Positions 38,490 through 52,800 of a stretch of 64,000 bases of DNA are shown one piece after another; position 1 is the first letter of the stretch; the number at the start of each line of letters is the position of its first letter. The stretch is from Balanoglossus misakiensis. Lineage: Eukaryota; Animalia; Hemichordata. The DNA is taken from positions 713,622 to 777,621 of the forward strand of contig CM082587.2 in NCBI GenBank assembly GCA_040954595.2. The letters are read 5' to 3'. A program made the translations under genes and the position numbers. Under the pieces are notes generated by a model, which saw only the letters and a program-made list of their open reading frames with translations, was not told the DNA's origin and made no database searches.

Positions 38490-41400
38490 TTAATCATCAT
38501 CCTTCTCTTTCTTCTGGTCCTCTTTTTTGTTCTTGGCACCAGCGATGTTCATCAGTTCTTTGTTCATGTAGTAGGGTTTCTCAGCAGAACCATCGTGTCT
38601 TTCTAAATCTTCCACTGTAAAAAAAAAAACAGGCATCAGGATCAATTAATATCTGGAAGTGTTTTGTGTTTCCAATACCTTGATGTGGCTTTACTGTTCA
38701 TCACATTGAAATTAAAAAAATGTGTTTCTTTCAAAAGCTTATAGCCTCAGAGCATCATAAGTAAAATAAATTTTAAATTCCGGATACTTACAGAAACAAA
38801 GGAAGAGAGTGTCTATGGCCATGTCGTAGACACCGAAGAACACTGATGCAATCATGTATGTGAGTAAACTGATCACCTGGAATGGAAAATAGGGAAAAAA
38901 TCCAATAATGATTGTTCTTTCTCTTAATCATCAATGACATGTTTTATTTTTGAATTCAAGAAGTGTTGTGAAGTCCATAAAACAAATGTACATGAGGAAT
39001 TATAAAATGCAGATGAACTTACTATCATTGGAATCCAGAAATAATTGAGTGAAGGAATAGCACCAAGATAGGCAGCCAAGTATCGATCATACCATGAGAT
39101 CTGACCAGTAAAGAAGAAATAACAGGCTACAGCAATGGCTGATGTCACCATCAATTTACTCATGAAGAGTAAGAAGTCTGTGATCTTGTTCAGCACTACA
39201 ACTCTGTGGGTTAAAAAATAACAAAGACATGACAAATTACTGCACAGGAGGAGGACAAAAACTGCAAGTGAGACAGTCACTCTTTGATACAATGGTAGAT
39301 ACTACCAATAGTAACTCTGTCAAACTTACCTAACAATATTCCTCAGTAGAAGCATAAATGCATTCTTTGCTGACGTACAGAAATTCTTGCCATAAACAGC
39401 AATCTGAAAAGTAATCAATAGGCATTTGGCATCATCAAGAACTTGCAGAACTGATAATAAATAAACTAAAAAAATTCCTTGGCAGTAGCATGAACCACAG
39501 CAAAAGCAAATCTATGTATCGTGTTGAGAGGCAGAAACTAGCTTACCAGGATGTAGGCATTTTTGTTGAGGAACTTCATAAACTTCTCCAAACACCAGAA
39601 ACAACACTTCATACATTTCAAGAAAAACTTGGCCACTCTGTTCTCGGAGCCTTTTGGAACAAAAATCAGACTTTTAATTATGTATTTTCACTGCATGTAT
39701 GTATAAATGAAAATTGTCATTATATTACACAAATCCAACGTCACAACAGCAAAATGAAATGATTCATTTTTTTAAACACACCTTTCAGTTTATGGTCTAA
39801 ATACTCCAGCATAGCTCTTATCAGCTTGATGACTGCAATAATGAAAGAACCAAATGCAATGGAACCCAAGTGATACCTGATGAAAAGAGACAAAGATATG
39901 ATCAGCATTTCTTAGTGTAAATCAATGGAGACAATTTCACTACGTTCCCTGAAAAACCTAACACTCTTAAATATCCCTCAGATAACTGTAACAGGCTTCC
40001 AGAGTGAATAAAAAGGTGTAATGTTATCAATGATCAAGACCAAATATCTGGAAGACCTTTTGATTTGGGATGAAAATTGGCATATGGTAGAATGGTGATT
40101 CCAACGTGAGTTCTGATCATGACTTGCAATAGTAATGCATGTTCTTATGAAACTGCTTCATTCTTATTTCGACTGGGTGCTCAATCCTCACCTTAGAGAT
40201 CTCCATAGCGATCCACTGACTGGAAATACCGGAATATCCTTGGGTTTTGTAAATGCCCAGTAATAGGAGGCAAAGGCACCGGCAAGGACAATCTGATCCA
40301 GAGCCATGATGAAACACATGATCCAGAATAATCCAAATAAATTATACACTTGCATACGGAATAAGTTTGGATCACCCGCGTAATTGACAAAGATGCACTG
40401 TGCTGTGGTGCCGTTGGAGTCAAAAAGCTGGAATGGAATCAAAGTTTGGACTAAATCAGATGTCTCATTTCTACACAGTTACAAGAATAAGAAAGATTAA
40501 GGAATCATATTGAATGTACATCAAAATGAGATCACCATGCACACCACACATGTACCGTACCATACATTATCACTTAACACATACCGTGACATCACATGCT
40601 GTTCCATTGGCTAAAGGGTAATCTGAAGGGGCTGTTGCAATCTCATAGGAGGCAGTGCCAGATGTGGCTAGGTACACAGCAAGCACAATCCAGATGGCAA
40701 AAAGTGCCAGTTCCAGAATGAATGGAATTATGGGCCATAAGAGAGTAAACATCATGGAGGAGACCGCTCTGTGGAAAACAAATCAGAGTAAAGGTTACAA
40801 GGTTTTGTTATGTGAAATATAGAACATCGCCAACACTGTCAATGAAGAGAGTCACTCTAAACCAGACATGACCTTACCTGCTTCCTTCCTTGATCAATGC
40901 AATGGCCAGTCTGATTCGGTTAAACAGGAAAATGACAAGCAACAGCAAGATGAGAGTCACAATACCCAGTATGATGGCTGAAAGAAAAACAAATTATTTC
41001 ATGATTACACGTTTCTCTTGCAAATGGCATCTACCAAACATTTCTGTGAAAGATTCTAAATTTTCCTGTACGACTTCTTATGGATGTAAACTATTTTCTA
41101 CTACGGTAGAAGCTATACTAAACAAGAATATTGCGCCTACTTACTGAATGCTAACCAAGTCTCTTTCATCTCCAGATAACTTGACAAGTTGGTAGTGAAT
41201 TCAAACTGAACGTTGTTTGAGTTAATTGAATTGAGGCTGTCATACTCAGCATAGCAACAGTAGATACCTAAAAAGTTAAAAAGGAAACTTTGATCAGTTT
41301 TTTTCCATATAAGTTGACACAAATATCAAAACTAACAAATGAAATTGCCAATCTCTGCCCCTAGAGTTCCATATGCATATACTCACCAAGTCCAAGAAGT

Positions 41401-44400
41401 ATAAATAATATAAGGATGGACAACCAGACCATAATACCAGCTATCCATCTCATGATAACAATCCACAGAAAACTGATGATCATTCCTACGACTGCACCAC
41501 TGGTGAAAAATAAAATTAAAAATGCCATTAGTTTTAGCAACAAGAAAGATAATTTATCACAAAGGTCACCAGGTGTTCTTTGGTAGTCATCTTCCTGATT
41601 GGAGCATTTTGAGTTGCCTTCTGTCTCACTGGCCAATCCAAATTCTACCTGTACTTCAGTATTATATTTGTACAATGGTACAAGCCAGACCTAAGTGAAA
41701 TCCTTTCTACTCACCCCAGCATAAATGTCCAACATTCACCAAAATCATCAAAGATCTTTTCGACCACATCTTGAGCACTCAGATAGGCAGCCAAGACACT
41801 ATATCAAGAAATCAATAAAGAACACAATGCATGATTTGGTTTGGTCCAAATCCACTGTTTTTGTATGGCAAAGCTGGACCTCCTCAAAAGGAAATAGAGG
41901 TGAAAGGGTCAATGAATACACTTACAGCTGTGCCTCTTGGATACTTGCAACAGAGATGCTGTTATTATTTGCATCCACCAGAGTCTGATTGTTTGCATCT
42001 TCAATGAAAGTAGACGCTGCGTTGACTGCATTCACTATGAAGGAAGGAATACATCTGCCATATACTGTGGGGGAAAAGAGAATTTTATTTTCATAACATT
42101 GATATCTACAAAACAACAAAACTTTAAGGCTGATGTATAAACTTTTGTCACATGCCACTGAAGCATTTTACTTATGAATATTAATTTCATTTTAGAAAAA
42201 TAAATTTGATTATGAAATATACTTACGATCTGCTGATTCCAAATAGTATGATGCACATTCACCATCACTGAAAAGATCTGAGGGGCTCTGTAAAACATTA
42301 TGAGAAATACATGGTCAAATGGTTTATAGATGTCAGCTCATTTCAATCGTGTAGACAGTTTAATTATGTAAGTTTAATTGTATTAAAGTCTGTACCTTTC
42401 CTGAGGTTTCCGGATCAATATCATAGTCACAAATGAAACCAGTCCAGTCAACAGATGTAGGTCCTCCTGCAGGTGCTGGTAAGTCATAGATGATCCCTTG
42501 ATGGAAACCCACCCAGGTTGTACTCGGACAGGATGAAACACAAATCTGGAAAATAACAACAAAAACACAAATGTCAAAAGAGCCTCTATAAACCAGACAC
42601 TTCTACAAACCATATTGAAGGCCATAAAATCACAATTATTTAATAAAAATATACAAACCTGAGTGGTTGGACATTGTAATTCAATTAACGAGGCCGTACT
42701 TGCACAGTCCACCAAATCAAAGTAAAATAAATATGGTTTATCCCTGAAACAACAAATTAAAGAAAGATATGAAAATGTGGAATGTTACTATGAAAATAAA
42801 TTTGTGATTGATACAAACTGAAACTTATCAAAGGCACAGAGTGAATTGAACATATGGTGACTTACTTGACCAATGTGTCATATCCACATATCTGTCCTCT
42901 TGAATCAGTTGGATAAATTAATTTGTGTGGATTTCCATTCATCCATGCTGGGGGAAAAAACATGAGGCCAGTGTGTAAAAGACATCAAGCTGTCAATGAT
43001 GTATATGTGAATATGCGCAGGGTGTAAAATACTGAACCAAGCATTTAGTAGAAATCAGTCAATTGTACCAGATGTATTCTAAAAAAAATTCTAGACTTAC
43101 CAAAGTAACCTACAGCAAGCATACCAGCGATAAAACATATAAATATGATGCAGCAAATGATATCTGTACAACCCCTGCAGAGACAGAGACAAAGAGTAAA
43201 GTTAGACACTGGCAATGACCATTGGACATGCTACGTAAGATCACAGTCAGATTGCAAACATGGTACGTGAAGGGGATTCAAGTCTGCCTAAAATATTATG
43301 AGCCAGTGAAAATGACAGTGTCAGAGTCTTCCCTACCTGTTTTTGATTGGTCCGTTGAAAGTTGGATCATACTTGAAAGCTTCACCTGAAAAATGAATGA
43401 ATTAAAACATTGTTTTTTACATAAATCAATATCAATCACTTTAATTAGTATTGATCTAGTTAAAGACAGTATTTGTCTTTATTATATTGAATACTGTATG
43501 ATTACAGAGGCCCCTAATGGACACAGTTGGCTTTTAGATTATGTTGTTGATCAGAGGTAAGTTATTTTTGGCAGTTAAAAGTAATACAGGCTACACAAAG
43601 GTCTCGAGTCATAAAAAATTAAAGAGCACGTAAACACAGTGATATTTAGCATGTTTTTTTCAGAAACACACACTCATCACTGGAGTGAATTTGCACTTTC
43701 TGTATGACAACTGCCGGTCACAGCTTCGTGTCAACCCGTGCCAGCATCTGTATGTAAATGCCAGTTATAAAAGACCCTCAGACAGTGAGTTAACAGTTAC
43801 AATGTCATCCATTTTTTAATCTAGGTTACACAGGCACAATGTTGATGCCAAATATGCGGAGTAACTACAACACAGAAGTCAACGTAACAGTTCATTAAAC
43901 AGACGCCATTGTCTATACTTGGACTTCAGCTACTCCCACTGTTCATAACAATAGAGAACTTGAGCTCAACTTCAAAATAGGAGCCCCATGACATCATGAA
44001 AAGACAAAGGGCAGACGTATGTCATGACCTCTTGTTTGCTGTTGCCTGGCAACAAAGTTATGAATATTAATGACCCTGACTGCAGTCCATGCACATGCAG
44101 TTAAAACTGCGTAATTAAACCGTTCCATGTATCAAATGAGTTTCTTTTTGTTCTTTCTATTTCGGAGGTTGGAATTGGGTGGGTCTGAGGATGCCTGAAA
44201 ATCAGGAATTTTGTGGACAAAATAAAACATTGCTCAATGTAAACAACAACTGGTTTTACAATATTTGTTGCAAGATAGAAAGTGATTGATGTTCACTGTG
44301 TAATCAGAGGGTAAAACCTAAGATATTATCTAAGAATTTAATCAAATATGAAATAATTATCATAACGAAAAGACATTATTTTTTGTAGGTGATGAAAAAT

Positions 44401-45238
44401 AAAACCTCACGGATGCGTATATTGGTCTTATCATTCATCTTTGCCAGCTCATTTCTTTTGTCGTAAAGATGGCTCTTTTGATGCCAGAAAATTATCACGT
44501 TTTATAAATTTAAACTTGAAGACAAAATAAACGTAATATGAATCAAGGTCGCGTAAACTAACACTTCTACTTTTCCTGAGTGCGACTCTTGTAATCTCTG
44601 TCAGACGAAAATCGAAAGGGAATCTCCAGGTTTGAACTTGCTCTTCGAATTTTTATATTGTGGCCGCCATCTTGCACAACGTACCTATGGACAACATCGT
44701 CCGATTTATGATACAACTGCGATCGGATCATGTATTTTGCGATTCGCAAGCACAAAAATTCTTCTGGGTCACTTTTAAGGGGCAAATGATCTCAATACAC
44801 GACGGTGTTTATTGTTTCCCACACAGAACCAGAGTCATCCATCTACGCCGTGCCTGTTCCGCCAAGGACGCACTGTACAGCACCGAGGATTCCCTGCAAG
44901 TGTACACACCGCCTTCGACGCAGACTATAGCTATACTACAATTTACAGATATCTCTCAACATGACAATATCCCCATTTTCAAATTGTAAAATACTGACAG
45001 GGATCAATACAGAATGATTGTCAAATACTTAAGTCGTCTGACACATAACTCATAAGCCAACGGGGGTGGGGAGACGATCATATCAATGTTATAAGTGACA
45101 TTGTTTAGACTGTATTAAACCGACACACACTTTCGCTGTTAAGCTCAGTGTTTGTGAAACCGCCTTACCGTATTTTTTATCCTTCGACTCGGCACCGTCT
45201 TCAGGTGCAACCTTGCCTTTGCTGTCGGAATTCCCCAT
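38490..45238 (-). CDS. SLC44A2: Choline transporter-like protein (SLC44A2/4/5 clade), paralogue B; 20 coding exons
   Basis: Exon 1 45169-45238 MGNSDSKGKVAPEDGAESKDKKYG; [24 protein letters not shown]; [18 protein letters not shown]; [13 protein letters not shown]; CPTTQICVSSCP; VYGRCIP; [19 protein letters not shown]; [14 protein letters not shown]; last exon 38490-38613 [21 protein letters not shown]...DDD stop. The symbol denotes co-orthology to vertebrate SLC44A2/4/5. Confidence 0.96.
41836..41912. mobile_element. Partial copy of the ~90-bp TTAA/CCCT MITE
   Basis: TTGGTTTGGTCCAAATCCACTGTTTTTGTATGGCAAAGCTGGACC...GGTGAAAGGGTCAA aligns with 54323-54415. Confidence 0.6.
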
Positions 45239-46847
45239 CTTCGGAGTAACCCCGTTTGATCACGATATCTGTCGGTTCAACGTCTTCTCTGTCGGTCGCT
45301 CAGTGAAAGCGACAGGTATCTACCATCTATTGTTATGCAAATATTTATTACTCAACATCTAGTGACGTCAAAACGTGTTATTTATAGCATTTTTGACAAC
45401 AGTGACCTGTTCAAAATGTAGTGAAACAACATTTTATCACCCGACACTGCCATATATAAAACAGACTTTGAGTAAAGGTCGTCTATTAAACAGAGAAAAA
45501 GACCTTATGAGTATCTTGGCATATAAACTAACAAAGAAACGACCTCCAAGTCCAAAACACCAAATTCATCATTTAAAAGTTTATTGAAAACACATTAAAA
45601 CTGTACAAAAATACAAATTATAGGCATTCAATTATACACATTTCACAATGTGAAGTTGCACAATTTGTTCAAATTTGATTTTAATTTCATGAGATACTAG
45701 TATTCACATTATAAGTACAGATATATACACATCAGGAAGATATATTATCTCTGGAATAATTAACAACGCAAACCATGTCATGAATAACTCCCAAATATAA
45801 ATCTTTGTTTCCATTTAATTCAGTCAAAATATTGACTTTCTGAAGAAATACTGTTGAAGTTTGTTTAATGCAGGTTATTTTCTTGTCATCTGATTATCAC
45901 AGACACAGAAGCTATATTTTGTTCCATATATCATTATAAACATTTGTTTCTTGTTCTACCCCCTTCAGTACTTTGATAAAACTTGTTTTCACAAGGAGGA
46001 AGCAATTGCTGAAAAATGTAAAACTAAATTTTCAAAGGCAAAGATTAGAGCAGAAGTGGACGGAATAAAGTTATTAAGACAAAGATAGACTTTACATGTT
46101 TCTAGAACCACTGCATGTAAAGGTTCAGTATTATCTGGGTAGTATAATTTAAATCATACATTCAAATATATACATACATAAGCTATTTGTTGGTTATTGG
46201 GTACGAAATAGTATGGAAAACTACAAACATACAAACAAGAAATAAAATCTATGGAAAATACACTCGAAAATAGCAAGGTTTTGTAAATAGTAATCACAGA
46301 CTTTTTGTATGGAACAATAAATTATAATACATGTATGTGTACAAAGTTAGTACTGGTCAATAATCAATATGACTAATACATGTGTGGTCAGAAATTCAGA
46401 AAAATAATACTCTCTAAAATTATACTCTTTCGCATAAAGTGCATCAATATTTGCGATGATTTCAATAGCGATGATTTCAAATAGCTGGGCATGATCTAAA
46501 TCACTATGACATGATTTTTTTTACAGACAATGGCAATCAAAACATCCAGTTCCACAACGAAGTCAAGATTTGTAATACTGAAATTGATTCTACATCAAGT
46601 AAACTGGTTGTGGTCAATTAACTCACACCTCATGCACAAATGAGCTCATTTCCTCGAGGTTTGCACTTTCATACATGTGAGATATATGTTTGGATATTTG
46701 ATCAGCATAGAAACAAAACAAACCCTTTCTGAACAGGTTTGAAACAAGTCTACTATATTGCTAAATTTATTGACACTTTCTGACATGTAAATGGCATCTT
46801 TTCTAAAGTGCTCATATTTAAAGTACAACTACTTTACTTGTCTGATT

Positions 46848-49800
46848 TCAGTCTTTTTCGTCTCTCACTTCTTTCTTGTTCTTGGCACCAGCGATGTTCA
46901 TCAGTTCTTTGTTCATGTAGTAGGGTTTCTCAGCTGAACCATCGTGTCTTTCTAAATCTTCCACTGTCAAATAAAAAATGAAAAATGCATGAGCATACCA
47001 GTCTGCCTATGGTCTATCTGTCTACGCATGTGTATGTGTATGATTGCATGTATGGATGTAAGTATGTATGTATGTATGTATGTAGAAGCATGTAGTTCAA
47101 GGTTTGTTGAAGTGGTAATATATGAATTCAGCTTGTGTGATTTGAAGTGAAAAAAATATCAAATGAAGACTGTGAGCGATACTTACAGAAACAAAGGAAG
47201 AGAGTGTCAATAGCCATGCCGTAAACACTGAAGAAAACCGACGCGATCAGATAAGTTAGAATACAAATCACCTATAAGAAAGACAGAAAGACAATCATTA
47301 CAATTTATTTCACACCAGAAGAAAGCATTATATACATGTACACCATTAAGTGCTTGAGAATTTGCCAAGTTTTTGTTGAGATTGTGTTCATTTGAGAGTA
47401 TAGACTCACATGTGAAAATGGCAGATAAAATACTGGATATAAACTTACAAGCATGGGAACCCAGAAATAATTGAGCGTTGGCACGGCACCAAAGTATGAA
47501 GCCAGGTAATCATTATACCATGTGACTTGACCAGTGAAGAAATAGAAACTGCAAACACCAATGGCTGCTGTTACCATGAGTTTCCCCATGAATAATAGGA
47601 AATCTGTGATCTTGTCCAGAACAACAACTCTGAAATACAAACATAGATGTGGTTGTTAACTGGTTGTGGCCAACAGTTCATCTTCATATTGAACACTGAG
47701 TCTTAATTGCAATCTTTAATAATTACCTGACAATGTTTCTCATAAGAAGAAAGAAGGCGTTCTTGGCTGACGTGCAGAAGTTTTTTCCATAAACAGCAAC
47801 CTGAAATCAATCAATAAAGACAAGGTTACGTGTTTCTAAAATAGTAAACTCTAATTACTAAAAATCCATGGCAACAAAGTCAAGCATTTAATGTTAAAGA
47901 ATTAGCTAGCTTACCAGGATGTAGGCATTTTTGTTGAGGAACTTCATAAACTTCTCCAAACACCAGAAACAACACTTCATACATTTCAAGAAAAACTTGG
48001 CCACTCTGTTCTCGGAGCCTTTATAAAGATAAAATAAATCCAGGATTGGTCAGTATACCTACAGAAACTCATCTCATGCACATCAAATGAATACAGTGGT
48101 TGCTCATTAGGTATTGAGATGCTATGAGGTTTGAAAACAGTGACCCATGCTCTTGTATGTGACCCTCGAACGAATGTCAGCAATTTATTTACCTTTGAGT
48201 TTTTGGTCCATATATTCCAGCATTGCTCTAATGAGTTGTATGACTGCAATTATGAATGAACCAAAGGCAATGGATCCCAAGTGATACCTAAAAATCAACA
48301 GAAAATAAAAAGATATTTTATTTTTCATTTTTTACCATAATTTTAAAAGGAGATGGTAAAAATAAGTCATAGACTTTGATTTTCAAATATCAAAAGATGA
48401 GTCATACAATGTATGTTTTCATAGGATGGATTCTGGGACAAGACAACTTTTATTTTTGGCTTTACCCATCATAAATCATCTTTGTCAAAACTTCACAATA
48501 AAACTTCAAGAACATTTACCTGAGAGTTCTCCATAGTGATCCACTGACTGGAAATACTGGAATATCCTTGGGTTTGTTGAATGCCCAGTAGTAAGAGGCA
48601 AAGGCACCGGCCAACACGATCTGATCCAATGCAACGATGAAATTCATGATCCAGAATAATCCAAATAATGCATATATTTGCATACGGAATAAGTTAGGGT
48701 CGCCGCTGTAGTTGATGAAGATACACTCGGCTGTTGTGTTTTCTGGATCAAAAGTCTGAAAGTCAAGAAAATATTCTATTTATTATTTATTTATTTACCT
48801 TCTGAAGGTCACTTACAACAACAAAAGTAAACAAAAAACATTCTTGATGACCCTGATATATTTCATTTTAAGTTTTTGGTAAAGACTTTCAAAATCCAAT
48901 ATTGCCAAAAGAAAAGACGATCGTTTCATCCTAAAGTGTATGGAGTACATCAGTGTACATTTTGACATTACCCCCCCCCCCCTGCCCCACCCTCCTCCAC
49001 CCCACATGCATATTTACATAACATACCAGAATATCACATGACGTTCCATTAGCCACTGTGAAATCAGGTGGTGCACTGGCAACCTGATAGGAAGCACTTC
49101 CAGATGTGGCCAGGTACACAGCAAACACCACCCAGACTGCAAACAGTATCACTTCCAGAATGAACGGTATGATCGGCCATAACAGTGAAAACATCACATT
49201 GGACACAGCTCTGCAAAGGACATAACAAAAAATTAGAGTCATATTAAAGGGACATGAATTTTGCCTGTTTATTCTCACCTCTATTCATGCAATACATACA
49301 TCACACGAAGATACAGTTAGAATGTACAAATTAATTGAACCCGCAAATTACCTGCTTCCTTCCTTGATCAATGCAATGGCAAGTCTTATTCTGTTACACA
49401 GGAAGATAACAATCAACAGTAGGATGACTGTGACAACAGCTAGTATGATGGCTGAAATAAAGGAAATATATAAGAATAGTTATATTCATATTTGCGGTAG
49501 TCGACATCAAGAAAATTGTCATACAAATGATGCTTAGAGAGAAAAAGACATGCAAATTAAACAGCAATCCAACAGAATATCACAGAGACCTATCAATATT
49601 TACTTACTGAACGCCAACCATGTCCACTTCGATTCAAGATAACTTGACAGGTTTGTCGTGAATTCAAATTCAACATTAGTTGAGAGATCAACGGCAGCCA
49701 ATTCTGCATATTCCGAGTAACAACAGTAGCACGCTAGAAAACAAAAAAAAACTCTTGTCAGGGCTTTTCAGTTCCTTTTTGAATGACATTCTTTGACAGT

Positions 49801-52800
49801 GAACTTTATTTTGGTTCCTTTATGAATTCTGTGAAAGCAGTATATGTGCTTTTTTCCACCCTAATAGTTGAGACATTTAACATCTTAAAATTATTGTAGA
49901 ATTTAACTTGGAAAAAATTCATTCTTACATTTTTGAAACTGGGAATAGAATGTTATAGACTTACCGAAGATTAGAAGTGCAAATACTAATATGATAGCCA
50001 ACCAAACCATAAAACCAGCTATCCACCTCATAATCACAATCCATATAAAACTGATGACCATACCAATCCCTGCACCCCTGTTGAAATATCGAAGTATATA
50101 CTGACACTTTACCTTTTATATTCAGACAGTATATCTATCTATAGTCACACTGAGTTTTGCAGAAGATGCAAACTGTTGCATGTATGGACAGCGAGACACC
50201 AGACCACATGTCACACATACATAAAGATATTCACAGATGATGCAGAACACATACATGTACGTTGGAAGGTTTTACGAAATTCCAGAATAAAGAGAGACTT
50301 ACGCAAGCATAAACATCCAACCCTCAGTGAAATCATCAAACACCTTATCTGCAATGGCTTGTGCCTTCAAGTAAGCACCTAAGACTCTGAAACAAATCAT
50401 CAAAAAAAAAAATTAAACAATGAAACATAATCACTAAGATTTATCAAATTTTACATGTTCAGACCCCTGACTCTCACAAGGGAAAATATGGAAGTTGTGT
50501 TTGTTAATTCTGACATTATCCACGGATTGTTACAAATCCTGTATGCATTGTACCGTAGAACATTGAAATATGGTAGTTGTGTTAAAAACTATAATTCTCT
50601 TCTGTTCAGACAGTTCTTCACATACTATAATACAAAACAATTTGATTCGACATACAATACATATGTGGAAACAAACTTTACTCACAACTGGGCCTGCTTC
50701 AGTTGTTCAAAAGAAATGGTGTTGTTGTTGCCATCAACCACTGTTTTATTCTGTGCATCTTTTATGAGATCTTGTCCAGTATTGATAGCATCCACAATGA
50801 ACGATGGGATACAACGTCCGTACACTGCAAACAATTTTGAAACATGGATGATTATTCCTTGCCAAAAAGTCTTGAAATTACCAAGAGTCAAGAAAAATTA
50901 GTCTGAATATTCAAATACTAAATTCTAGACTGAAACTGTATACTTACACGGGCTAGATTCAAAATAGTACGCTGCACATTCATTGTCATCGAAGAGGTCC
51001 AACGGTCTCTGAAAACAAATCAATCAATCAATAAATCACTTCACCAACCAATTAAAAATATTCATAAAAGCACCATAATCAATAAGTGTTTCTGTTGCTT
51101 CATAGGCACAATTAACATCAAACTTCTTACCTTTCCACTCAAATTAGCATCAAAACCATAGTCACAAATGTACTTAGACCAGTCTATCTCAGAGGGAAAA
51201 GTACGAAAGAGAATTTCATCTGTATATCCTGTCCATATTTCACTTGGACATTCTTTCACACAGATCTAGAAATAAAAAGGTATTCAAGTAATAGAATCAA
51301 ACTAACAGAGTAAAGATGTAAACAGTAATTATAATACCATAACAGTAAAACGTTTGTAAACAGACCATTTTCTGATCTCCACGACACCCACCAACAGCTC
51401 TGCTGACAGTTTACATGGAAGAACATTAATGTTTCAGAAAGAGGACAAAATATACATAGCCCATCGTATTAAACGGCACAAGCATTAGATTTTTTTTAAA
51501 ACTCTACACCTATTCTAGTTTCATACAAAGCTTGACTTGTATTACCTGGCTAGCAACCTGTTGCTATGGTAATTTACCAAGTCTCACAAGAAACATATGT
51601 CTCACAAGTGGACATATGTTTATAAGGTACTTACCTGTTTGGTTGGACATTGCAATTCAATTAATGAGGCCGTACTTGCACAGTCCACCAAATCAAAGTA
51701 AAATAAATTTGGTTTATCTCTGGAAATAAGACAGTAAAATAAATCAGGAACATGGACAGCCACATTCTGAAGCAAATCTTCTCTACTTTTATGATATTGA
51801 TAAGTTATAATTCTTACTTTAAAAAGAAAAGAAAGTTTACATATAGGCTCTTTAGTTTTTCTAGCTGGCCATTATCAAACTGAATAATCTTCTCCTTATT
51901 TACAAAACTTTCCTTCAATGGTTTTTGACTACTGAGTATATGCTGAAGCAACTTTGCACCACCTTAAAATGCAGTAAAAACTGGACTTACATGACCGCTG
52001 TGTCATATCCACATATCTGTCCTCTTGAATCAGTCGGATAAATTAATTTGTTTGGATTTCCATTTAACCAGGCTGAAACAAATTCATACAGATTTGATAT
52101 TCTTTGTCACTAACAATGAAAAATTTCTCACTCACAAATAATGGAAAAAACTTGGAGGACTCATATTTTCTGGAAGTCTGTCACCAAGACAAGTACTACC
52201 TTTATTATGAAGTATTTTCACCATTAAAATAAAAACTTTACTTACCAAAATAGCCGACAGCAAACATACCAGCGATAAAGGCAATAAATATGATACAACA
52301 AAGAATATCTGTGCAGCTCCTGTAAAATGTGAAAAAAAAACTTTTTAATTAAAAAATCAGGGTGATAACTTAAGTATATATTGAATGGGCATTACTATTT
52401 TGTATATTGGACACCAGATGTCAACTGATTTATTGTCAATAGACAGCTATTTCAGATGCCAATAGAAAACTATTTTTAGTTTTTTTAATACCGTAGTTGT
52501 CTAAGTAAGACTCTGCTGCCCTCTATAGTTTAAACTATGAGGGCGTATTTCAAATGCAGATACTTAAGAAATAAAGAAGTATCTATGATATGCTTATAGT
52601 TATTATAAAGATTCTGACCTATTTTTCAGTGGTCCATTGAAGGTAGGGTCATACTTTGTAGGCTCACCTGAAAACAAAACAAAATAAAGACATGCTATTG
52701 GAGAAACTTACTCTATGGCACTCAGCTCTTACCACTGACCTGGGTATTTTGGCTGGAGGCCAACAGTAGTGCAATAAATTACGTTATTATTGTAACTACA

